The notes beneath the pieces are model-generated. The model worked only from the letters and a program-made list of their open reading frames with translations. It was not told the origin of the DNA and did no database searches. Of a stretch of 64,000 bases of DNA, positions 19,274-28,436 are shown piece by piece (position 1 is the stretch's first letter; each line of letters opens with the position of its first letter). The stretch is from a virus (Duplodnaviria; Caudoviricetes), in the IMG/VR virus record IMGVR_UViG_3300033074_000233, positions 1 through 64,000 of that record. One strand, written 5' to 3'. A program made the position numbers and the translations under genes.

Positions 19274-20350
19274 ATGAAAATTACCTCAGAACAAAAGAAG
19301 TTCCTGTCTCAGTATCAGAATAAGTCGAAAATAAACTGGTACGAAATTAAGCGAGTGTACCCTGAAATACATGACACTTTACAAGACAAAGCCCAGAAGA
19401 AAAAAGTAAGGCCAAACAAATTACTGTATATTCTTGTATTTGGACACCCCAAATGTGCAGGTACTAACTGTGAAAGCACTAATTTAGGATTCAAGAACTT
19501 TAAGCGGGGTTTCGATAAGTTCTGCTCGAAGAAGTGCGCTAATAGTTCGCCTGAGTCTAATGCTAAGCGTGAGCAGACCTTCCTAAAAAACTACGGTGTT
19601 ACTAACCCAGGTAAGTGCGAGAAAATCAAAAGGCAGCGTCGAAAAACTATGGTGAAAAGGTACGGTGTCGAATACACGGCTCAGTCCCCGAAACTGCGTA
19701 AGAAAATGGAAAACACCTGTTTAGAGAACTACGGCGTGACCTCTCCTATGCAGTCTAGCGTGGTTAGAAAACGCTGCGAGGCTACGTCAATAGAACGCTA
19801 CGGAGTTGCAAGCCCAATGTCAGATCCAAGTGTCCAAGCAAAGTACAAAGAAACCTGCCGAAAAAAGTATGGAGTAGAACATCCGTTTCAGGATCGTGAG
19901 GTTTTTGAGAAGCAACAGAAGTCAGGTTTCAGCCTAAAGAAGATAACTATAGCAGGAAAGAAATACCAACTTAGAGGCTATGAGTCTGATGCCGTTATAT
20001 ATCTGCATAAGAATCTTAGAGTAAAGCCAGAGCATATACTAACTACATCGAAAGATGGGCTTCCAACGATACGATGGACAGACAAGAAGGGCAAAGGTCA
20101 TGTGTATCATCCTGATCTTAAAGTTAAGGTTAAAGGAAAGTGGTTCTTGGTTGAGGTAAAGAGCGATTACACCTTAGGACTCCGCAGTGACGGTAGCAAG
20201 ACCATGTTTTACGTTGCAAGACGCAAAGCCCAAGCGTGTATTGACGCTGGTTATAGGTTTAAGTTACTCCTAGTGCAGAAAGGAAAGGTCTCTGTTGTTT
20301 CTGACTTCCACGAAACTAAACGAAAGGACCTTATATCACGGTACTGTTAA
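19274..20350 (+). CDS. Antisense free-standing putative homing endonuclease between the polymerase halves
   Basis: Only convincing plus-strand gene. Five YGV repeats; C-terminal LRGYE...YHPDL...LVEVKS; paralogue of 6090-7283. Start taken as ATG 19274 (ORF is open from 19187). Confidence 0.85.
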   Translation: MKITSEQKKFLSQYQNKSKINWYEIKRVYPEIHDTLQDKAQKKKVRPNKLLYILVFGHPKCAGTNCESTNLGFKNFKRGFDKFCSKKCANSSPESNAKREQTFLKNYGVTNPGKCEKIKRQRRKTMVKRYGVEYTAQSPKLRKKMENTCLENYGVTSPMQSSVVRKRCEATSIERYGVASPMSDPSVQAKYKETCRKKYGVEHPFQDREVFEKQQKSGFSLKKITIAGKKYQLRGYESDAVIYLHKNLRVKPEHILTTSKDGLPTIRWTDKKGKGHVYHPDLKVKVKGKWFLVEVKSDYTLGLRSDGSKTMFYVARRKAQACIDAGYRFKLLLVQKGKVSVVSDFHETKRKDLISRYC

Positions 20351-21877
20351 TACCTTAATTTTCTCTCCGTCAATCAGGTCCTTAACGCGGACGTATTCTT
20401 GTCGTGTCTCTGACCAAACTTTGTGGTCCTCTGTAAGACGTATCGTACCCCCCTCGTACTCGATCTCAAACATATCCTGAGTAGTCGTGTGTGTAGACAC
20501 GTTTAGACAGTTTTTGTACTCGGTCTTGTTCGTTTCGTGGTTGAATGAAAGGACTTTGCCATAAGCATCTTTATCTAGAACAAAGTCTTTCAGTTTAACT
20601 TTTCCCGTCTCCGTTACGACGTAGGCTTCTGGATCTATGCAGTAGTCTTGGAAGTCCGGATCAAATAGATCAGTTGCTTCCATGTTGCCCCGATCCTTCT
20701 TGGAGAAGCCTGCGGTATAGTAAAAATCGTTACCGTAGGCACAGGTTACCTGTGCCAATCCACCCATAGGGTACTCAGTGTCTTCTAGGAACCGTAGGGT
20801 TTCATCGTGGGCATGCTCGCCTGCTTGAACGTCATACACTGGCCAGTACATGAACGGAATACCTAGAGCCTGTTTGACCTGTGTTATGTCAAACTTTGCG
20901 TTGAAGGCGATCAGGTATTTCTTGTAGTTCATATCCACCTTACGCATGAAGAACTCGCGTAGGCGTTTCTGTATGTATGCAATTTCCTTAGGCGAGAAAG
21001 GGGTATCCTTGTGTAGAATAGGAACCACAAAGCCCTTGTCCTTGTCAACAGAGAACTGGACGATCAGGAGTTTGTTTTTGATGCGGTTCAGGTTTGCTGT
21101 TTCTGTATCGAAGGCAATACGATCAGCGTTTTCGATAATCTCCATCATACGGTCGAACTTCTTGATGGTGTCGATCAGGTGTGCCTTAACCTGAACGTCA
21201 ATCGCCCATGGAAGTTTGCCGTGGATGAGAGAGGAGATATTGCGAGAGAAATAGCCGAGAACGTAAGCGGCCTTGAGCACACTTTCGTTATCGTTGTCAT
21301 CTTCCTCGTCAAGATTCTTAGGCGGTGTCAGGGAATCAGCGTAGTCGATTGTTGAACAGACCTTACGCTTCTTACCTCCTAATTCAACCTTGTGTACCCA
21401 GCCCATCTTGCAAATGGCATTCTCAACCTTGTGATTGAGTAGAAACTTGGTTGGATTATCGCCTACCAAGAGAATATGGGTTGGGTCATACTTCTCGATG
21501 AAGCCTCTTACACGCTTGGCTGCTGTGGAATGCGACTTCGCTCTGTCATCCGGGTCCAGATGGTAGTTCTTGAAGAAATTGAAGTTGACCGCTGCGAAGG
21601 CGACGTCCTTTTCCTCAAGACCATAGGGTTCGGCTATGGACTCTGCGTACTCATAGCAGTTCTGGAGTGCAGTAAGGGATACACCAGAGAGGAGAGCACC
21701 GTTTTTCAGGTCCTCAGTAGATACGTGTTCCAGTACGAACAGGACACGCTTTTTCGCCCGCTTCCAATTCTTCTCAATTGGAAGGGTAAGATTGAATGGC
21801 TTGCAGTCTTTGGAAAGACGAGCCCAGTAATCAGGAACCTCATTCTGAAATGAGATTCTTGCTATCGACTCAAACAT
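20336..21877 (-). CDS. polA: Family A DNA polymerase, N-terminal fragment (UDG-like domain plus 3'-5' exonuclease), ending in split-intein N-half
   Basis: ExoI IAFDTET, ExoII AFNAKFD, ExoIII Tyr right before the intein; last 101 aa are IntN (CIDPEAYVVTETG...LTEDHKV). Confidence 0.9.
   Translation of the reverse strand: MFESIARISFQNEVPDYWARLSKDCKPFNLTLPIEKNWKRAKKRVLFVLEHVSTEDLKNGALLSGVSLTALQNCYEYAESIAEPYGLEEKDVAFAAVNFNFFKNYHLDPDDRAKSHSTAAKRVRGFIEKYDPTHILLVGDNPTKFLLNHKVENAICKMGWVHKVELGGKKRKVCSTIDYADSLTPPKNLDEEDDNDNESVLKAAYVLGYFSRNISSLIHGKLPWAIDVQVKAHLIDTIKKFDRMMEIIENADRIAFDTETANLNRIKNKLLIVQFSVDKDKGFVVPILHKDTPFSPKEIAYIQKRLREFFMRKVDMNYKKYLIAFNAKFDITQVKQALGIPFMYWPVYDVQAGEHAHDETLRFLEDTEYPMGGLAQVTCAYGNDFYYTAGFSKKDRGNMEATDLFDPDFQDYCIDPEAYVVTETGKVKLKDFVLDKDAYGKVLSFNHETNKTEYKNCLNVSTHTTTQDMFEIEYEGGTIRLTEDHKVWSETRQEYVRVKDLIDGEKIKVLTVP
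20339..20641 (-). mobile_element. Split intein N-half (IntN, 101 aa) of DNA polymerase
   Basis: Block A CIDPEAYV; block B TEDH; followed by TGA. Confidence 0.93.
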
Positions 21878-21966
21878 ATATGTGCTACCTTTAAGGTAAA
21901 AGTTCTATACAACGATCTGTATTTACAGTATCGAAGTAGGACGTCCTTGTCCCAAAAGTCCTTCAA

Positions 21967-22302
21967 TTACTTTCGGTTCTTCGGGATGCGAATTGCAGTC
22001 TCCGCCTTCGGAGCAACTGGCTGTTGAGGCGCGCTTTCGTTCGACGCATCGACTTTCTCCGTTGCTGCTACAGGTTCAACTACTACACCATTTATCGCAT
22101 CTTTCATTTCCTGACTTAGGGTATGAATACCTTCAGGCAGAAGATCGCAGTGCGGATACTGCACACCGTTGTGGAGCTGGTAGTGCTTGTAGCCGTTGCA
22201 GGCTTCTGCTGTCCAGTCCTCAGAAGGACCTGCGCCAATCAGAAAGCCCCGCTTTACTAGGACCTCCTGAATGACTTTTACTTGTGCTGGCGTTAGTGAC
22301 AT
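21967..22302 (-). CDS. Hypothetical protein with peptidoglycan-binding-like N-terminal domain
   Basis: VKVIQEVLVKRGF...YKHYQLHNG resembles the PG_binding_1 pattern. Confidence 0.45.
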   Translation of the reverse strand: MSLTPAQVKVIQEVLVKRGFLIGAGPSEDWTAEACNGYKHYQLHNGVQYPHCDLLPEGIHTLSQEMKDAINGVVVEPVAATEKVDASNESAPQQPVAPKAETAIRIPKNRK

Positions 22303-22311
22303 GGCACTCTC

Positions 22312-25300
22312 CTATTTCTTGCCTCTGGCTTTCATTACCTTTTTAAGCGTCGTCTTAGGCTTAACCTTTTCTCCCTTACGGGTAACCTTAGGCTTAATCT
22401 TCAACGTCGTCTTAGGTTTCGTTGTCTGACTATCCTTGCCAGAAGGCGTTTTGCCACGCGCAATAAGCGCATCCAAGTCCTCAAGGAATTCATCAGCATT
22501 CGTTACAGTCCAACCCGCGCGCTGCAAGGACTTGACCTTGCTCTTGACTTCCGCTTTGTTAGTGCAGAAGGCAATCATGTCAGGCTGCTCAGGCTTCCAA
22601 GCACCAAGACCAACCTTCGTTGCCATCATCTGAACCTTCTTCATAGCACTCGTGGACTGGCTATGCTTCAACAGGTCAAGACATATGTACAACTGATGGT
22701 TCTTGACAAGAGGCATCGGTCGTACCATACCAGACTGTACAGGACGGCGACGCTCCAGCAGGAAGTTCTTGATATTGCTGAAGGTGTTAGGCTTCACAAT
22801 GAACTGCTTGTTGGTCTTGTATTCCTTGAGCACGTTCTCCCACATATCAATGTCTGATGGCTTGAACTCCACGCCAGAGTTAGAACGATTCTGCGCCTTA
22901 ACCATTTCCTCAATGAAGCCGTTCAGTTGCTTCGGATTCTTCACCTGTACGAAGGAGTACAGAGGAGTAACCATGAAGCCGTCTTCCTTGAACTGCGATA
23001 CATCGGCAGCAGCATCGTTAGACGGAATAACTACGGCCAGCATATCGTTTATGCGAGCAACACGGACCACGATTTCTTTGGCCGCACGATCTGCGGTATC
23101 CTGGAAGATTTCGTTCTGGTCTTCGGTAGCGTCGCGCACAACCTTGCGAGGATCGTCCTTGCGGGGGCCCTTGTCTTGGTCACGCTTTTCATCACGAATC
23201 TGCTTCAAGGTCTTGAGCGTAGGTTTCTCAACCGGGGCTGGACCCTCTTTCCAGTGGCGCAACTGTACGTCAACAATATCCAGACCAGTCTGACGGGCAA
23301 TCTGATCCAGCAACTCCAACGTGGAAGTTGTTTTCTTGGTAATTACGAAAGTGGCACTCGGACGTACAACAATGTTGGACCCGTTGTCGAAGTCAACACG
23401 CAGAGAGCCAGTCTTTCTCACACCACCAATCTTGCCATCACCAAAGGCCGTGTGTACGCTTAGGCCAATTGGATCGAACTCCTCACCAGCCTCTTTCTGC
23501 TTCTTGGTGAACTTCTCCTCTTGCTCGCGCTTGTAGCCCGTGTAAGGACGCAGACCAAGTTTGTCAGCATTGAAGATACTCATACCAGCAACGTATGGAA
23601 CACGCTTGAGACGCTTGGAACCTGGAATGATACCAGTATGTACAACCGGAATATCTTCCAAAGAACCCAGGGGCTGAGCGGCTTTCCACTCACGGGCAAT
23701 GTCGCCTTCAACGGTACGCAGTTGCTGGTACGCATACCAGTACGGGTTCATTTCGCTCAGCGACAGGCCTTTACGCATGTTGGCGAACGAAATCTTCACC
23801 GGAGGAATCTGCTCACCATCAGAGTCCAGACCAATCTGTGCATACTTGTTCTCGTCCACAGTACCTGCTGCATAGAACTTGCTAACAGATACGGTTTTGC
23901 TGGTAAGGCGAGCCGTTTTCAGAACGTCAATCGTCCGATCAACCATCAGGTTGTAGACGTAAATCTTCTTACGGAAGTCGGTGCCCTTGAAGTTAGGACG
24001 GTTGATACGCGACATGCCCTGCTCGGAAGAACCTGGCGTCCACACGTTGTCAGCGCGGATAAGCGTATCAGCCATCTGAAGGTTCAAGCCTTCCTCAAGG
24101 GAGTTACGGATACCAACGAGTACACGAATCTTGTCATCGTTCTTGAACAGGTACTCGTGATCCGACTTCATTGCGGCTTCATAGCGTAGAACCGAATCAC
24201 GGAACTTGCCACCATCAGCCGATTTGATAGCAGACACAATACCATTTACCGCAGCGTCCGTGTTGCAGAAGATCAGGATTTTGCCCGGGAATACAGGATC
24301 ATCTTTGGCTTCCTGCGAATCGGGATTGTCCAAACGATAGATCATGCTCTGGGCATCTTCTAGGTCTTGCTGTGCAAACGCCCGGTCTTCCTCGTTGGCA
24401 AACGAACCACGACCAATTTGATTGGTGCGTTCCTTGATCGTGTTGTTGGCCCAAGCACGTGGAGTAAGGTGCTTACGCAGAATCTCTACGCAGGCCTTAG
24501 CCTTAGGTGAAATACGGTCATCGCCAGTAAGACGATCATTACCCTCAGCGACAGACACTGGGTTTGACAGGAAGCCTTCTACCGCAGCGAGGTTCTTGCC
24601 GAGGCCACCAGCACTGAACATGCGCTCAAGTGCTTCGTCGTCCTCGTTGTCTTCCATAACGTCTTCTACGTTGATAACCTCAGCGTCGTCGTCATCTTCT
24701 CCGTCTTCGGACACTTCCAGTTTGCCGCCGCGTACACGGGATTCCATTTCGTCAACAGCACGTTGAATCAGGATGTTGTAGATTTCCCATTGCGCTTCGG
24801 TCATATCCAGCGGAACAAGAATTTCGTTCAGGTCAGGCAGAGAAGCCTGCCATTCCTTACGCTGAATGTTGATGTAAGCGCACGAACGCTTAATGAAGTC
24901 ACGGATTTCACGCTCGGCACCTGGCTTTGGAACCCATTTGCCCCCACGCTTACCTTTACCCTCAATATAGAGGAAGAAACGATCACGGAACTGTTCTTCG
25001 TTGCCAAGAATGTTCGGAGCCATCATGCCAACCTGCTCAACCAGGTCGTATAAGGTGTTCGGAACAATGGTACCCGTAAGGATACGCTTAATCGGAATCT
25101 CCGAGATAAGCGACTCAATAACCTGAGCCCGCTGGGAGTTCATGTTCTTGAGTTTGTGCGACTCGTCCATCCACACGCCGTCGAAGCCGAGGCTACGCAG
25201 AAACTCCAGTTTCTCCTGATAGTCTTCGGTAAGCGTACCGTACACGGTGGTCTGCGGCTTAACGCTCTTTACGTTGTCGTAGCCGATGATGTAGATGGTA

Positions 25301-27672
25301 TTGATCGGTGCGTTGTCGCACAGTACCTTCAACTGGCCGAAGTCCGACTGACCCGACTGACGCTTACCGTCAACAGCCACACTGGAATACGCGCGGAAGA
25401 TAGCCGTGTCGAACACGATGGTGTTCAATTTGCCGTGGCTTACATAGATGGCTTCACCTACATAGTCCTTAACAAGGTGTGCAGGACACAGGATAAGAGG
25501 CTTTTTAACGACTCCATGCTCAAGACAGTTCAATATGTCCTGGAGGCACAAAATCGTCTTACCCCCACCAGCCTGTACGGCAACAATAGCGAACTTCGGA
25601 TGCTTAGCCAATACGCCGGCTACTTTACGCTGGTGTGGCTTGAGGCCTTCAAGACCTTCCGCGTTCTTCAACTTTGGAATGAACGACTCTATACCAACGT
25701 CCTGTGTTAGATAAGGCTTGTTGATGGCCTCATACTCACGCAGGATTTCTGGCATACGGGAGAACGATTGGATGATCTTGAACAGAGCAATCTGGCCAAG
25801 CGTTTCGTGTGCAGGTGCTTTGCACTCGTTGATAATGTTCAGCCAGTCCTCTTCATGCGGAACTGCCGTTGCAAGGGCCTCCATGTAGGCTTGAACAGGA
25901 GCAAACGGAGTCATCTGCTTGCTGAACAGGTCCTTCATCATCAGCGGGTAGCATCCGAGGAAGTCCAAATAGCCCTGATCAAGGTCCTGTGCAGTGTGAC
26001 GCGCCATTTCTACGTTGGCCAGCGACAGGAACGTGCTAATACCTTTGATATAGTCGATAACACGGCAGTTGTCAATACGGAAAGCAGACGTACCAAACGA
26101 CCGAGCATACGCAGCCGGGTTAATACGTTGCAGGAACGTAGCGATTAGGTTGTAGTAGCCTTCACCTAGCATGGGCTGAAAGTCAGCCGTTGTCTTGGGT
26201 ATAGGGCGATCAAGGGCCGCAGAAATCTTCTCGCCAAGACGCTCCAGTGCGGGCAGATCATCAATCTGCTCTACAACAGAGGTCTGGTACCAACCCACGT
26301 AGGAAGACACAGGCATAACGTGGTTGGATTCAATATCCTCAACCTTGATCTGTGCGTAACTGCCCGTGAAGATCAGTTTCTGGTTAATCCAGTCAACATA
26401 GATCAACTTGTTAATGGGCATCTTGGTGAGCGAGGTATGCGCGAACGTAGCCTCACCTGTGGAATCCTTAGTCAGCAACTCGATCAGGTCGTTGTATTCC
26501 TTGATCAGGTTTACGTTGCTGGGAATATACATCAGGTGGTTGGTCTTCGTCAGCGCAAGACCTTCCTTATCTACACGCGGCTTAGGCGTGTAAGAGGCGT
26601 TCTTGGTGAGAATGGTATTCAGTGAGTGTATGAACGTCGGGAAGCCGTCGTTACCACGAACACCTTTGTTGTACCAGTTGGAGAAGAAAGTCAGCAGTGC
26701 CGCTGGGGTAATACGCTCGGCTGGGGTCTGAACGTAATACTCGGCCTCTTTTGCCGGCAGTTTCAGAACGGCACAGACTATGTAGTTACGACGGAAGGCA
26801 GCAGCCGCGTCAAGGTCTTCGGTGAGGTCTTCAGGCGGACGACTCGCAACGTCTACCTGCTTAATGTCATAGGCCGAATAGCCAACAACATACTTTGAGT
26901 AGAAGGCATTGACACGCGAATAACGGCCCGTCAGAGCGCGAGATACTTTGTCACGCGGAATCTCGAACATCCACTTGTTGGCGTCGATTGGGAAGCCGTG
27001 TTGCTTGAGTGACTTAACCAGACCCGGTACAGCCGCCTGTTTCTTCTCCTCATACGAATGGCCTGTGTAAGGAATGCCCTGGGTGCACTCGTCCAGAAGA
27101 GCCATTGGACTCAGGCGAGCAATAGGCAGAGTGACAATGAAGTCCGAGCCTACTTTCTTGACGCGAATGTAACTGTACATCAGGGTGAACATTCCACCAG
27201 ACGCAAAGTAGGCATTAACCGCTTCGTCCTTGACCTCAGGAACCTTGCTCACGCGGAAGTCAGAAGGCAGCGACTGATACACAGCGGCCAGCATCTTATT
27301 CTGTACTTCGGTGTGCAGTGCCTTGAAGGTGAATGAATAACGCGGATCACCACCACCTACACGCGTGGCTTTCTCTTTGGCATTTTCATCGCCACCACCA
27401 AGCAGGTCACCTGTAGACTGACGTGCTTTCTTCTCAGCCTCTTTGCGGGCCTTGATGTAGGCACGCTCTTCCTCTTTGGAGTAGTCCGGGCTTATAAGGT
27501 CGTAGAACGTACCAGGAACCGCAGGGGCGATGATCTTCTTTTCATCATCCGTGCCTACAGCAGCAATATCAATGCCAAATACAGGACGTGTGTTTACTGT
27601 GGCAGCAAGTTCTTCCTCTCGAATCCTTATCGTAGTTGTCTTTACGTTGTCGTTGAACGGATAGTTAGGCAT
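22312..27672 (-). CDS. Large SNF2/SWI2-family ATPase
   Basis: LKPHQ, VQAGGGKT, LILCP, WMDESHKLKN, LTGTIVPN, EEGLNLQMAD, QGMSRINR; 1786 aa. Confidence 0.88.
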   Translation of the reverse strand: MPNYPFNDNVKTTTIRIREEELAATVNTRPVFGIDIAAVGTDDEKKIIAPAVPGTFYDLISPDYSKEEERAYIKARKEAEKKARQSTGDLLGGGDENAKEKATRVGGGDPRYSFTFKALHTEVQNKMLAAVYQSLPSDFRVSKVPEVKDEAVNAYFASGGMFTLMYSYIRVKKVGSDFIVTLPIARLSPMALLDECTQGIPYTGHSYEEKKQAAVPGLVKSLKQHGFPIDANKWMFEIPRDKVSRALTGRYSRVNAFYSKYVVGYSAYDIKQVDVASRPPEDLTEDLDAAAAFRRNYIVCAVLKLPAKEAEYYVQTPAERITPAALLTFFSNWYNKGVRGNDGFPTFIHSLNTILTKNASYTPKPRVDKEGLALTKTNHLMYIPSNVNLIKEYNDLIELLTKDSTGEATFAHTSLTKMPINKLIYVDWINQKLIFTGSYAQIKVEDIESNHVMPVSSYVGWYQTSVVEQIDDLPALERLGEKISAALDRPIPKTTADFQPMLGEGYYNLIATFLQRINPAAYARSFGTSAFRIDNCRVIDYIKGISTFLSLANVEMARHTAQDLDQGYLDFLGCYPLMMKDLFSKQMTPFAPVQAYMEALATAVPHEEDWLNIINECKAPAHETLGQIALFKIIQSFSRMPEILREYEAINKPYLTQDVGIESFIPKLKNAEGLEGLKPHQRKVAGVLAKHPKFAIVAVQAGGGKTILCLQDILNCLEHGVVKKPLILCPAHLVKDYVGEAIYVSHGKLNTIVFDTAIFRAYSSVAVDGKRQSGQSDFGQLKVLCDNAPINTIYIIGYDNVKSVKPQTTVYGTLTEDYQEKLEFLRSLGFDGVWMDESHKLKNMNSQRAQVIESLISEIPIKRILTGTIVPNTLYDLVEQVGMMAPNILGNEEQFRDRFFLYIEGKGKRGGKWVPKPGAEREIRDFIKRSCAYINIQRKEWQASLPDLNEILVPLDMTEAQWEIYNILIQRAVDEMESRVRGGKLEVSEDGEDDDDAEVINVEDVMEDNEDDEALERMFSAGGLGKNLAAVEGFLSNPVSVAEGNDRLTGDDRISPKAKACVEILRKHLTPRAWANNTIKERTNQIGRGSFANEEDRAFAQQDLEDAQSMIYRLDNPDSQEAKDDPVFPGKILIFCNTDAAVNGIVSAIKSADGGKFRDSVLRYEAAMKSDHEYLFKNDDKIRVLVGIRNSLEEGLNLQMADTLIRADNVWTPGSSEQGMSRINRPNFKGTDFRKKIYVYNLMVDRTIDVLKTARLTSKTVSVSKFYAAGTVDENKYAQIGLDSDGEQIPPVKISFANMRKGLSLSEMNPYWYAYQQLRTVEGDIAREWKAAQPLGSLEDIPVVHTGIIPGSKRLKRVPYVAGMSIFNADKLGLRPYTGYKREQEEKFTKKQKEAGEEFDPIGLSVHTAFGDGKIGGVRKTGSLRVDFDNGSNIVVRPSATFVITKKTTSTLELLDQIARQTGLDIVDVQLRHWKEGPAPVEKPTLKTLKQIRDEKRDQDKGPRKDDPRKVVRDATEDQNEIFQDTADRAAKEIVVRVARINDMLAVVIPSNDAAADVSQFKEDGFMVTPLYSFVQVKNPKQLNGFIEEMVKAQNRSNSGVEFKPSDIDMWENVLKEYKTNKQFIVKPNTFSNIKNFLLERRRPVQSGMVRPMPLVKNHQLYICLDLLKHSQSTSAMKKVQMMATKVGLGAWKPEQPDMIAFCTNKAEVKSKVKSLQRAGWTVTNADEFLEDLDALIARGKTPSGKDSQTTKPKTTLKIKPKVTRKGEKVKPKTTLKKVMKARGKK

Positions 27673-27676
27673 GGTA

Positions 27677-28090
27677 TCATTCCTCGATGAAGTTCTTTAG
27701 CAGGCCACTAACGTCAAAGGACTGCTCGCTAATTGCCTTTAGCATTTGGTTGTTGTACGACGGCACCCGAAGTTTCATGTAGGTGTACAGCGCATTGGCC
27801 AAGGCAACCTTGTACTCAACGTCTGGCTCCGTCCTGAAGTAGTTCGGATTGTAGAACGAATCAACAGCGGCCTGTAGTTGGGTCGGGCTGCTGATCTGGT
27901 CCAACTCTTTCAGCGTTGTCTTAATGTCCGCCTTACGTTCGCTTTCTGAACGAATCAGGAGTGAACGCAACACGCCACGAAAGAACTCTATTTTGGCTGT
28001 AAGGTACTGGACCTCGTTTTGGTCAGCAGATGCCGTATCAGCCAAAGCCAGAGTAACCTCGCGCTTATCTGGGGTATTCAGACTACGCAT
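27677..28090 (-). CDS. Hypothetical protein
   Basis: 137 aa, strong AGGAGG SD. Confidence 0.7.
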   Translation of the reverse strand: MRSLNTPDKREVTLALADTASADQNEVQYLTAKIEFFRGVLRSLLIRSESERKADIKTTLKELDQISSPTQLQAAVDSFYNPNYFRTEPDVEYKVALANALYTYMKLRVPSYNNQMLKAISEQSFDVSGLLKNFIEE

Positions 28091-28144
28091 GATGTAGAGC
28101 CTCCTAATTTACAGAATAGATCAATGCTTATTCGTAGCATTAAA

Positions 28145-28432
28145 TTAGTGAATATGGTCGTGGCGTTTCGCGTGACACCGGACACATAGCGTGATTAAGT
28201 TACGTGGCGTATTGGCCCCACCCTTGGATAAAGGGATAATGTGATGGACCTGTAACTTGAATTTGTCTGTGCATCCACAACCTTTGCCTTGACAGGTATA
28301 ACGATCACGTTCCTTTACTGTCTTGGCTAACTTCTTCCATTCTTCACGCGATCCGTAGTCCTGTTTTCCAGGATGACGCGGGCGACCTGCTTTAGGTGCG
28401 CGCTTGGCTCTGGGTACTCTAATGGCGGGCAT
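28145..28432 (-). CDS. Small HNH endonuclease
   Basis: RDRYTCQ...LQVHHIIPLSKGG.N...NLITLCVRCH. Confidence 0.9.
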   Translation of the reverse strand: MPAIRVPRAKRAPKAGRPRHPGKQDYGSREEWKKLAKTVKERDRYTCQGKGCGCTDKFKLQVHHIIPLSKGGANTPRNLITLCVRCHAKRHDHIH

Positions 28433-28436
28433 AGGC

